Shown here: in pieces, positions 1 to 8,291 of the stretch
How the letters are laid out: every line of letters starts with the position of its first letter
Position numbering within the stretch: the first letter of the stretch is position 1
Source of the DNA: Oscillospiraceae bacterium
Lineage (GTDB): Bacteria; Bacillota; Clostridia; Oscillospirales; Oscillospiraceae
Assembly (NCBI GenBank): GCA_017427645.1
Contig: JAFRSI010000141.1
Location: 6,395-70,394, forward strand
Length of the DNA: 64,000 bases
Direction of reading: 5' to 3'
Notes under the pieces: generated by a model
The model's input: the letters and a program-made list of their open reading frames with translations, nothing else
What the model was told of the DNA's origin: nothing
The model's database searches: none
Position numbers and translations under genes: made by a program

Positions 1-68
1 TACAAAGGTCTTTCGTCAATGTCCACACCTTTTTCCATTTTTTTCTTCTACGAGTTGTACAAAACACA

Positions 69-104
69 ACGGCCGGATTTGTTGAAAACAGCAAATCCGG
101 TCGT
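69..104 (-). terminator. Hairpin terminator after the GH53 gene
   Basis: Inverted repeat acggccggatttg...caaatccggtcgt just past the stop at 118. Confidence 0.6.
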
Positions 105-117
105 CTCGCTTTTTCTG

Positions 118-2079
118 TCAGCTCTGTGAATTCAGCCGTGCGCTGTCGATTTTTCCCCAAGCGCCGTTGCCCTCGCCCTGGCACCGGACGGAGATCCCCA
201 CGGCCAGCTCCTGCCCCTCCGCCAGTCGGATATCGGAGATCACGCCGGTATCCCACTTGCCGTAAGAGGTGACGGACATGGGGGCCGTGGCCACGATCTG
301 GCCGTCCACCCTGGCGTAGGCAAATATCTCCGTCTCGCCGCAGTCGCCGCCCATGATGGAGATGGCGAACTCATAGCTGCCGGGCTCCACCCGGGCCTGC
401 TGCTCCAGGGTAAACGCCACACTGTCGGCCGCGGCGCTCCAGAAGTGCATGTGCCACACGCCTTCCCGGGAATCCGTCTGTTTTTCCTCCACATACAGTT
501 CGTCGGCATGGCCCAGTTCGGTGAGCTCCCAGCCGGTCAGGTCGCCGTCCTCGAAGCCCGGGTTGGTCAGAAAGTTGAACTTCACCATGGACACATGGCA
601 GTGGGCCTCCAGCCCTCCGGCGTCGCCCACGATATCATATTCCGCCGCGCCGCCAGTCTGCATCTTCTGGAGATCCGCATCCGTCACGTTCCAGGTCACC
701 GGGACGGCCTGGCGGCTGTCGTCGGTCATGACGGCATCCACCGTCTCCGGCAATTGGATCGTACCGGCCAGATCCACCGTCAGCCGACTGTCGGCAATGG
801 CGTCGGGCACGGGGATGATATCGTTGCCGTTCCGTACCAGTCCGAACACCTTCAGCGACTCCAGCGGCTTCCCGTCCGGCCCGAACAGGGCCTGGTTGTC
901 CACGGCACAGCCGCCGTAGTACTTGCCCGCGTCGTCCGGGTCATAGACGGCGGCATAGCTGCTGGCCCAGCCGGAGCCGTACTTCTCCCACAGGGCGTGG
1001 TTCTCCTCCCAGGAGGCAGCGCCCACGGTGATCCATGTCCCCTCCCAGTACACCACGCCGATGCCGTTGGGGGTGTGGGCCACCGTGTCGATCACGTCCC
1101 GCACGGAGTTGGCCTGCCCCTGGACGGTGAAGGGGTAATTCTTGGTGATCCCGCCGCCGTCGGAAATGGTGTTGCCGCTGAAATCCGTGTCCTCCGGGGT
1201 GAAGGCGTAGGAGGTCTCCATGACCATAACTTTTTTCCCGTATGTCCCGGCGATCTCCCCCAGCACGGCGGAGAGATTCTCCAGCGTGCCGTGCCAGTAC
1301 GGATAGTAGGACGAGGCGAACACGTCGTAATCCACGTCATAATAGTCCAGCTTCTTGGCATAATTGGCATAGGCCCCGGCCTTCTCCGGGTTGGCAAAGT
1401 GGACCGCCACCAGCGCCTGCGGGTAGACCTCCCGGATGGCCCGGGAGCCGGCCTGCATGATGTACTGGATGTGGAACCAGGTAGTCTCGCCGCAGAGGGC
1501 GCCGTTGGTCTCGTTGCCCACCTGCACCATGGCCACGTCCACCTTGGCGTCCTTCAGCTTCTGCAGGGATTCCCTGGTGTAGTCATAGGCCGCCTGGGTC
1601 TTGGTCTCGATGTCCATATCCTTCCAGGCCAGGGGAACCATCTGCTTGCCCGGATCGGCCCAGAAATCGGAGTAGTGGAAATCCACGATCAGCTTCATGC
1701 CGTACCGGGTCGCCCGCCTGCCGATCTCCACCGCCGCATCGATGTTGCAGTTGCCGCCGCCGTAGCCGTTGCCCGCCGCATCAAAGGGGTGGTTCCAGAC
1801 CCGGACGCGGATGTGCGTGATGCCGTTCTCCGCCAGGGTGCGGAACACGTCCTGCTCCTCCCCGGCGAAGTTGTAATACTTCACGCCGCTGCGCTCCTCC
1901 GCCAGGACGGAGGAGGCGTCCATGCCCAGGATGAAGTCCTCCGGCAGCCCCTCCACCCTCTTCACGTGGAGCGTCTCGCTGCGCACCTCCGCCTTTTCGG
2001 GGGCGGCGGAGCCGCCGCAGGCCGCCAGCAGCGGGGCGGACAGCAGCAGGGCGGACAGCACCAACAGGATCCTTCGCAT
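118..2079 (-). CDS. GH53 endo-beta-1,4-galactanase lipoprotein with Ig-like and C-terminal carbohydrate-binding-type domains
   Basis: Lipobox LLAAC; GH53 motifs IRVRVWNHP, DFHYSDFWADPGKQ, VQVGNET, SSYYPYWHG, METSY; C-terminal NPGFEDG domain. Confidence 0.9.
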   Translation of the reverse strand: MRRILLVLSALLLSAPLLAACGGSAAPEKAEVRSETLHVKRVEGLPEDFILGMDASSVLAEERSGVKYYNFAGEEQDVFRTLAENGITHIRVRVWNHPFDAAGNGYGGGNCNIDAAVEIGRRATRYGMKLIVDFHYSDFWADPGKQMVPLAWKDMDIETKTQAAYDYTRESLQKLKDAKVDVAMVQVGNETNGALCGETTWFHIQYIMQAGSRAIREVYPQALVAVHFANPEKAGAYANYAKKLDYYDVDYDVFASSYYPYWHGTLENLSAVLGEIAGTYGKKVMVMETSYAFTPEDTDFSGNTISDGGGITKNYPFTVQGQANSVRDVIDTVAHTPNGIGVVYWEGTWITVGAASWEENHALWEKYGSGWASSYAAVYDPDDAGKYYGGCAVDNQALFGPDGKPLESLKVFGLVRNGNDIIPVPDAIADSRLTVDLAGTIQLPETVDAVMTDDSRQAVPVTWNVTDADLQKMQTGGAAEYDIVGDAGGLEAHCHVSMVKFNFLTNPGFEDGDLTGWELTELGHADELYVEEKQTDSREGVWHMHFWSAAADSVAFTLEQQARVEPGSYEFAISIMGGDCGETEIFAYARVDGQIVATAPMSVTSYGKWDTGVISDIRLAEGQELAVGISVRCQGEGNGAWGKIDSARLNSQS

Positions 2080-2093
2080 GCACCTCTCCCCTT

Positions 2094-2654
2094 TCAGTTC
2101 ATCTGCAGCAGCTTTTCCGCCACCGCCAGGGCCGCGTCGTCCCCCTTGCCGGTCAGGGATGCGGCATGCAGGGATTTGACGCCGAAAAACAGGTAGTAGT
2201 CCTCCGCCGGCGCATCCGGGGACACGTAGCCGATATACTGCCGGGCGCCTCCCTCTCCGGTGGAGGCGTCATAGATGCGGAAGCCGGCCGGCAGGTCCGG
2301 CGATACGCTCTCCGCCGCCGGCAGACTCGCCGCCGACAGGAAGGAGTCCCGATACTCTGCCGCCTTGGACGCCGACACGATGAAGATGTCGGCGTTCAGC
2401 AGGGTGCTCTCGTCAAACATGGCGTAGGAGAAGGGGTGTACCTGGATCATCCGCAGACCCTCCGGCATGTCCTCCTCCAGCGCCAGGCGCAGCGCCATGT
2501 CCTGGCAGACGTCGGTTTCGATGAACACGACCACCTTCTTTGCCGGTGCGGTGTCGGTAACGAAGGTGAAGATCCAGCCCCACAGCAGGGCCGCCAGCAG
2601 CAGCCACAGGAGATAGATATGGAATTGTGACAGGATATTTTTCAGCACTCTCAT
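2094..2654 (-). CDS. Hypothetical membrane-anchored protein
   Basis: N-terminal TM helix; 4-bp overlap with upstream ORF; GC3-rich codons. Confidence 0.65.
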   Translation of the reverse strand: MRVLKNILSQFHIYLLWLLLAALLWGWIFTFVTDTAPAKKVVVFIETDVCQDMALRLALEEDMPEGLRMIQVHPFSYAMFDESTLLNADIFIVSASKAAEYRDSFLSAASLPAAESVSPDLPAGFRIYDASTGEGGARQYIGYVSPDAPAEDYYLFFGVKSLHAASLTGKGDDAALAVAEKLLQMN

Positions 2655-3154
2655 GGCAGCACCTTAAACGCGGCCACATAGCCGCTGACTACGTCCAGCT
2701 CGCACATCCGCTCTCCGCCGCCCAGCGCCTGCTCCAGGGACCTGGCCCGCGCCGCGTTCACGAACAGCCGCCGGGCCTGCCCATCCTCCCGGACGGTCAC
2801 GGTCCGCACGGCGATGCTCTTCCGGATGCGGACGGTCCGGGCCGCCAGCTCCGTCCGCCCCCGAACCGTCTCCCGCTCTCCTGCCAGCATGCGGCGGGCG
2901 TGGTCCTCCTCCCGGCCCAGGGCCGCCACCCGGAAGGTCAGCAGGTAGATATCCACCCACCCGGCCAGGGTGAACACGGCAATGGCGCTCAGCTCCATCC
3001 GCATGGCGTTGGCCGTACCCGTCAGCAGGCAAAAAAGGACGCAGAGCACCAGGGCCCCGGCGGCGATCACGCACACCGCGGTCAACCAGACGCTGCGTCT
3101 TTTTTTCAGTCGCTCCGGCTCTCCCGGGCGATACAGCTCGTTCTTATCGTTCAT
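2651..3154 (-). CDS. Hypothetical two-TM membrane protein, probably leaderless
   Basis: ATG at 3154 (MNDKNELY); two hydrophobic helices; start lies 6 nt after a TGnTATAAT -10. Confidence 0.65.
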   Translation of the reverse strand: MNDKNELYRPGEPERLKKRRSVWLTAVCVIAAGALVLCVLFCLLTGTANAMRMELSAIAVFTLAGWVDIYLLTFRVAALGREEDHARRMLAGERETVRGRTELAARTVRIRKSIAVRTVTVREDGQARRLFVNAARARSLEQALGGGERMCELDVVSGYVAAFKVLP

Positions 3155-3160
3155 GGGCCC

Positions 3161-3188
3161 ATTATACCACAAAATCGGGGCCGCGCAA
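3161..3188 (-). promoter_or_regulatory. SigA promoter for the leftward operon
   Basis: TTGCGC-16-TATAAT with extended TG on the minus strand. Confidence 0.6.
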
Positions 3189-3240
3189 TGGTCCATCTGT
3201 CCATTTCTGTGGACAAAAAAGGGACACCGTCCTCCCCCGC

Positions 3241-3270
3241 TTGACAAGCTTTTTCTCACTGTAGTAGTAT
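3241..3270 (+). promoter_or_regulatory. SigA promoter for the GH13 gene
   Basis: TTGACA-18-TAGTAT. Confidence 0.55.
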
Positions 3271-3303
3271 TAAAGTATCCTAATCTTGATCGGGGGGTCG
3301 ACT

Positions 3304-4953
3304 ATGAAAAGAACCGTCTCTCTCCTGCTGGCTGTCCTGCTGCTCTGCACCGCTGCGCTGACGGGCTGCGGCCAGTCCTCTGCTCCCATGGACGCCTCGG
3401 GCAAATACAAGCTCAGCAAGAGCGGCGAGGCCATCATCAATGACGACAATCTGCACGCCGACGCGCAGACGGACGACAACAACCGGGTCTTTTATGAGAT
3501 CTTCGTGGGTTCCTTCTCCGACTCCGACGGAGACGGCACCGGCGATCTGCGGGGCATCATCAACCGCATGGATTACCTCAACGACGGCGACCCCAACTCC
3601 GGTCTGAGTCTGGGAGTGGAGGGCCTGTGGCTGACGCCCATCTTCCGCTCCCCCTCCTACCACAAGTACGACGTGACCGACTACTACGCCATCGACCCCG
3701 CCTTCGGCACCCAGGCTGACCTGGAGGAGCTGATCGCCCTGTGCCACGAGCGGAACGTTAAGCTGATCCTGGACCTGCCTCTGAACCACACCGGCTCCGG
3801 CAACGAGTGGTTCGCCCGGTTCAAGGCGGCCCACATCCACGGCAACACCGGGGATGAATACTACAACTTCTACTCCTTTTACACCCAGGGCCAGGGCAGC
3901 CCCGGCGGCAGCACCTACGCGCCCATCTCCGGCACCCAGGATTACTACGAGTGCAACTTCTCCGGCGACATGCCCGAACTGAACTTCAACGAAACGGCAG
4001 TGCGCAGCGCCGTTCTGGACGTAGCCAAGTACTACCTGGATCTGGGGGTGGACGGCTTCCGCTTCGACGCCGCCAAGTACATCTACTTCGGAGACAACAG
4101 CCGCAGCGTCGCCTTCTGGGACTGGTATCTGGGCGAGCTGCGCCGGATCAAGCCCGATATCTACACCGTGGCCGAGGTATGGGACGGCGACGGCGTCACC
4201 GACATCTACTACCACGCCACGGACTGCTTCGATTTCTCCGTGGCTCAACCCACCGGCCTCATCGCCGAAACGGCGAAGAACGGCAACGTGGACCGCTACA
4301 CCTCCTACGTGGACAGCTATATCCAGCGGGTGGAGGGCATCCGGGACGGGGCCATGTATCTCCCCTTCGTGGCCAACCACGACACGGACCGCGCCGCCGG
4401 CTTCCTGCCGGTGTCCTACGGCCAGATGCAGGTGGCCGCCAACCTCTATCTGCTCTCCCCCGGCTCCCCCTTCATCTATTATGGCGAGGAGCTGGGCATG
4501 AAGGGCTCCCGGGGCGGCGCCAACACCGACGCCAACCGCCGCCTGGCCATGCTGTGGGGGGACGAGGATACGGTGAAGAATCCCACCGGCACCACCTATG
4601 ACAGCTCCAAGCAGGTGGAGAACGGCGTCACCGTGCAGAAGGGCGACGGCGACAGTCTCTACAGCTACTACAAAAAGCTGCTTATGATCCGCAAGGCCAA
4701 CCCGGAGATCGCCCGGGGCGACTATCAGGCCCTGGACATCCCCGACAGCAAGCTGGGCGGCTTTATCGCCTCCTATGAGGGCAGCAGCGTCTGCGTGCTC
4801 CACAACGCCACCACAGAGCCCATCACCGTGGATCTGGCTCAGGTCACCGACCTGCCCCTGAAGGAGATCTGCGCCGCCATCGGCATGGGCGAGGCCAAAC
4901 TGGAGGGCACTTCCCTGACAGTGGACGGCCAGACCAGCGTGGTCCTGCGGTAA
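3304..4953 (+). CDS. GH13 alpha-amylase family lipoprotein
   Basis: Lipobox LTGC; YEIFVGSFSDSDGDGTGDLRG, SYHKYDVTDY, DGFRFDAAK, VAEVW, NHDTDR, YYGEELGM. Confidence 0.9.
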   Translation: MKRTVSLLLAVLLLCTAALTGCGQSSAPMDASGKYKLSKSGEAIINDDNLHADAQTDDNNRVFYEIFVGSFSDSDGDGTGDLRGIINRMDYLNDGDPNSGLSLGVEGLWLTPIFRSPSYHKYDVTDYYAIDPAFGTQADLEELIALCHERNVKLILDLPLNHTGSGNEWFARFKAAHIHGNTGDEYYNFYSFYTQGQGSPGGSTYAPISGTQDYYECNFSGDMPELNFNETAVRSAVLDVAKYYLDLGVDGFRFDAAKYIYFGDNSRSVAFWDWYLGELRRIKPDIYTVAEVWDGDGVTDIYYHATDCFDFSVAQPTGLIAETAKNGNVDRYTSYVDSYIQRVEGIRDGAMYLPFVANHDTDRAAGFLPVSYGQMQVAANLYLLSPGSPFIYYGEELGMKGSRGGANTDANRRLAMLWGDEDTVKNPTGTTYDSSKQVENGVTVQKGDGDSLYSYYKKLLMIRKANPEIARGDYQALDIPDSKLGGFIASYEGSSVCVLHNATTEPITVDLAQVTDLPLKEICAAIGMGEAKLEGTSLTVDGQTSVVLR

Positions 4954-4966
4954 AAGGAGGTTTTCC

Positions 4967-6202
4967 ATGTCAACGCTGTTGATCCATAACGTCGGCCTGC
5001 TGGCCACGCCCCTGGGCCATTCCGCCCGCCGGGGCGCGGAGCAGGGGGACATCCAATTGCTCCGGGACGCCTGGGTCCTGGTGGAGGACGGGATGATCGC
5101 CGCCGTGGGCGCCGGGACGCCGGCCCCCGCGGCCGACACGGCGCTGGACGCCGGCGGCCATCTGGTGACGCCGGGTCTGGTGGACGCCCACACCCATCTG
5201 ATCTTCGGCGGCTGGCGGCAGAACGAGCTGGGGCTCAAGCTCCACGGCGCCACCTATCTGGAGATCCTGGCCCGGGGAGGCGGCATCCTCTCCACCGTCA
5301 CCGCCACCCGGCAGGCCACGGAGCAGGCCCTCTATGACAAGGCCCGGGCCGCCCTGAACGAGATGCTGGCCCTGGGCGTCACCACCGTGGAGGCCAAGAG
5401 CGGCTACGGGCTGGACACGGAGACGGAGCTCAAGCAGCTGCGGGTGATCCGCGCCCTGCAGGAGGACCACCCCTGCGACCTGGCCGCCACCTTCCTGGGA
5501 GCCCACGCCGTGCCCGCCGAGTACAAAAACGACCGGGAGGCCTATATCCGCCTGCTGTGCGAGGAGATGATCCCCGCCGTGGCCCGGGAAAACCTGGCCA
5601 GATTCTGCGACGTGTTCTGCGAGACCGGCGTGTTCTCCGCCGAGGAGTCACGGCAGATCCTGGAGGCCGGCAAGCGATACGGCCTGATCCCCAAGATCCA
5701 CGCCGACGAGATCGACCCCATCGGCGGCTCGGAGCTGACGGCCCGGGTGGGCGCCATCTCCGCCGAGCACCTGATCGTCTGCCCCCCGGCGGGCATCGCC
5801 GCCATGGCGGAGGCCGGCACGGTGGCCTGCTGTCTGCCCGCCACCAGCTTCTATCTGGGCTCCACCTTCGCCCCCGTCCGGGACATGGTGAACGCCGGCG
5901 TGCCGGTAGCCATGGCCTCCGACTTCAACCCCGGCTCCTGCCCCAGCCTGAACCTGCAGTTCGTCATGAATCTGGGCTGCCTCAAATACCGGCTGACGCC
6001 GGAGGAGGTGCTCACCGCCGTTACCCTCAACGCCGCCGCCGCCATCGACATGGCGGACCGGGTCGGCTCCGTGGAAATCGGCAAGCAGGGCGACCTGGTG
6101 ATCTGGGACGCCCCGGACCTGGACTATATCTGCTACCGCATGGGCAGCAATTTGGCCCGGACGGTGGTCAAGAAGGGACAGGTCGTGAAAAACAGATTGT
6201 AA
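4967..6202 (+). CDS. hutI: Imidazolonepropionase
   Basis: PGLVDAHTHLIFGG, GGGILSTV, EAKSGYGLD, FLGAHA, DVFCE, KIHADEI, SDFNPGS; RBS aggagg. Confidence 0.93.
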   Translation: MSTLLIHNVGLLATPLGHSARRGAEQGDIQLLRDAWVLVEDGMIAAVGAGTPAPAADTALDAGGHLVTPGLVDAHTHLIFGGWRQNELGLKLHGATYLEILARGGGILSTVTATRQATEQALYDKARAALNEMLALGVTTVEAKSGYGLDTETELKQLRVIRALQEDHPCDLAATFLGAHAVPAEYKNDREAYIRLLCEEMIPAVARENLARFCDVFCETGVFSAEESRQILEAGKRYGLIPKIHADEIDPIGGSELTARVGAISAEHLIVCPPAGIAAMAEAGTVACCLPATSFYLGSTFAPVRDMVNAGVPVAMASDFNPGSCPSLNLQFVMNLGCLKYRLTPEEVLTAVTLNAAAAIDMADRVGSVEIGKQGDLVIWDAPDLDYICYRMGSNLARTVVKKGQVVKNRL

Positions 6203-6236
6203 GCATATAAGCTCAGTATTTTTGAATATAACGAGT

Positions 6237-6269
6237 AACAACGCCGCGGCTATCCGCCGCGGCGTTGTT
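6237..6269. terminator. Bidirectional hairpin terminator
   Basis: aacaacgccgcggc-tatcc-gccgcggcgttgtt between convergent genes. Confidence 0.75.
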
Positions 6270-6295
6270 GCTTTCAAATGTCTGCCTTTGTTTGT

Positions 6296-6838
6296 TTATC
6301 GATGGCGTACCTTCTCTGGCCATTTTAAGTATCCATCCAGATACTTTTGCTTTGTTTGAAGTTCGCGGGAAAAGCGCGGCGGAATAGCGTTAAGGATTTC
6401 CTGAAAATCTCTTGCGCTGTACTGAAAGAAAGCAACCTTCCCCAAATCATCCCATTTTCTGTTGAAACACAATATGCACTCTCCATCCTCCAGGTGGCGC
6501 GTTGAAAAATAAACCCAAACATTACGGCCGCCCTGTACCATCACCCACATATCACATTCCTGGACCTCCTCCCATGAAATCGTCCAGCATTTGCGCCAAA
6601 TGTGCATGGTGATTCCTGTCCTATCGACTGAAAACTTGCCGAATCTATACGTCGGGAGGCATCTATATAGAGTGAACAAGGGTATCAGCAGTGCAGAGAT
6701 CGCAAAAAACCATATTTCATGATTACCAGCAATAAACAGATACGCAGAATACAAGCCAATGATGAAGAGAATTAATGCGATAATAGACCCAACCACGCCC
6801 CACCTTAATTGGTATCTGGAAATCCAATATGACTTCAT
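6296..6838 (-). CDS. AT-rich hypothetical membrane protein (2 TM plus soluble domain)
   Basis: 180-aa ORF, clearly lower GC than its flanks, two N-terminal TM helices. Confidence 0.7.
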   Translation of the reverse strand: MKSYWISRYQLRWGVVGSIIALILFIIGLYSAYLFIAGNHEIWFFAISALLIPLFTLYRCLPTYRFGKFSVDRTGITMHIWRKCWTISWEEVQECDMWVMVQGGRNVWVYFSTRHLEDGECILCFNRKWDDLGKVAFFQYSARDFQEILNAIPPRFSRELQTKQKYLDGYLKWPEKVRHR

Positions 6839-6852
6839 TGTCTTGCCTTTCT

Positions 6853-8214
6853 TCAGATCCCCAGGCTCTGCTTCAGCAGTGCCAGGGCCGCCTCCGGGTA
6901 CGTCTTGCTCAGAACACCCAGGGAGGCCATGATATAGTGGTTGTCAAACAGCACTCTTGCCTTTCCCGGCTTGGGATAGAGCATCATGCCGTTTTTGTTG
7001 CAGTCGGCGATCTGCCGCTGGATCTGCTCGTGGTGGGGCAGGCGGGTCAGGGCGCCGCCGGTACCCACGATGGTGCGCACCACCGTCAGATCCTTCCCCT
7101 CGGCAATGGTCTGGCGGCCCCGGGGGGTGTAGATATACCGCAGCCGCCCGGCGTGGCGGTCCACTGCCAGCAGCCCCGCCTCCAGGCACAGCCGCTCCGT
7201 CAGGGCGAACTGCTCCGCCGTGTCGGGGATGGGCTTGTAGGCCGCCATCACCGCGTCCATATCCAGTCCCAGCTCCTGGGCCAGCTTGTCCCTGCCGATG
7301 AGCTCCACCAGGTTTTTGGCGTTGACGAACAGGCCCAGATCCCCCTCCACCGTGCGCTTGGCAAAGGGCTCCGGCGTGGTCTGCAGCACGGCGATCTCCT
7401 CGGACCCGGCAGTGACGGAGTGGACGTCCGTGGTGGCGCCGCCGATATCGATGACGGCCAGGTCGCCGATCTCCCCGTAGAGGAGCTGGGCGGCCTCCAT
7501 CACCGCGCCGGGGGTGGGGATGATGTTCCCCGTCACCATGTCGCGGATGTGCTCCATGCCCGCCGCCTTGACGATGTGCTCTTCAAACACGCTGTGGATG
7601 ATCCGCCGGGCGGGCTCGATGTTCAGCAGGTCCAGCTTGGGATAGACGTTCTCCGTCAGATAGCAGGGCACGCCGGCCTCGGTGAAGATCTTCTCGATGA
7701 GCCGCTGATTCTGGATATTGCCGCCGTAGATCACCGGGGTCTTCAGGCCGGAGGCGGCCAGCAGCCTGGCGTTGTACACCGCCGTCTCCCGCTCGCCGTA
7801 GTCGGTGCCGCCGGCCAGCAGGATCAGATTGGGCTTCACCAGGGCGATATCCTCCATATCGAATTCGGAGAGCTTGCCCGCCGTGGTCATCTTGATGATG
7901 GCGCCGGCGCCCAGAGCGGCCGCCTGGGCGGCCTTGGCCGTCATGTCGTAGACCAGGCCGTGTACCGTCATCCGCAGGCCGCCGGCGGCGCTGGAGGTGG
8001 CGAACATCTCCCCGTATTCGATCTTTTCGGCCCCCAGATTCCGGGCCAGGTCGTCCACGGCGCCCTGCAGGCCGATGCGCACGTCCCCCTCCAGCACGCT
8101 GGTGGGGGCCTGTCCCTGGCCGATGAAGCGGGGCGAGGCCGAGGCGATGCCCTGAAAGGCGTTGACGAGCGTTGTGGTGGAGCCGATCTCGGCCACCAGA
8201 ATGTCAATCATCAT
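6853..8214 (-). CDS. GlmL/MutL-like reactivating factor for D-ornithine aminomutase
   Basis: AEIGSTTT, ATSSAAGGLRM, LLAGGTDYG, DIGGATTDVHS, KRTVEGDLG; directly after oraE. Confidence 0.85.
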   Translation of the reverse strand: MMIDILVAEIGSTTTLVNAFQGIASASPRFIGQGQAPTSVLEGDVRIGLQGAVDDLARNLGAEKIEYGEMFATSSAAGGLRMTVHGLVYDMTAKAAQAAALGAGAIIKMTTAGKLSEFDMEDIALVKPNLILLAGGTDYGERETAVYNARLLAASGLKTPVIYGGNIQNQRLIEKIFTEAGVPCYLTENVYPKLDLLNIEPARRIIHSVFEEHIVKAAGMEHIRDMVTGNIIPTPGAVMEAAQLLYGEIGDLAVIDIGGATTDVHSVTAGSEEIAVLQTTPEPFAKRTVEGDLGLFVNAKNLVELIGRDKLAQELGLDMDAVMAAYKPIPDTAEQFALTERLCLEAGLLAVDRHAGRLRYIYTPRGRQTIAEGKDLTVVRTIVGTGGALTRLPHHEQIQRQIADCNKNGMMLYPKPGKARVLFDNHYIMASLGVLSKTYPEAALALLKQSLGI

Positions 8215-8229
8215 AGTCGTAAAAAAGAG

Positions 8230-8279
8230 GGGCGGAACGGTCAACCCTCAACCCTTCGTTGACCGCTGCCGTTCCGCCC
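8230..8279 (-). terminator. Intra-operon hairpin with U-tract between oraE and the GlmL-like gene
   Basis: gggcggaacgg...ccgttccgccc followed by ctctttttt on the minus strand. Confidence 0.6.
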
Positions 8280-8291
8280 GCAGATCCGATG

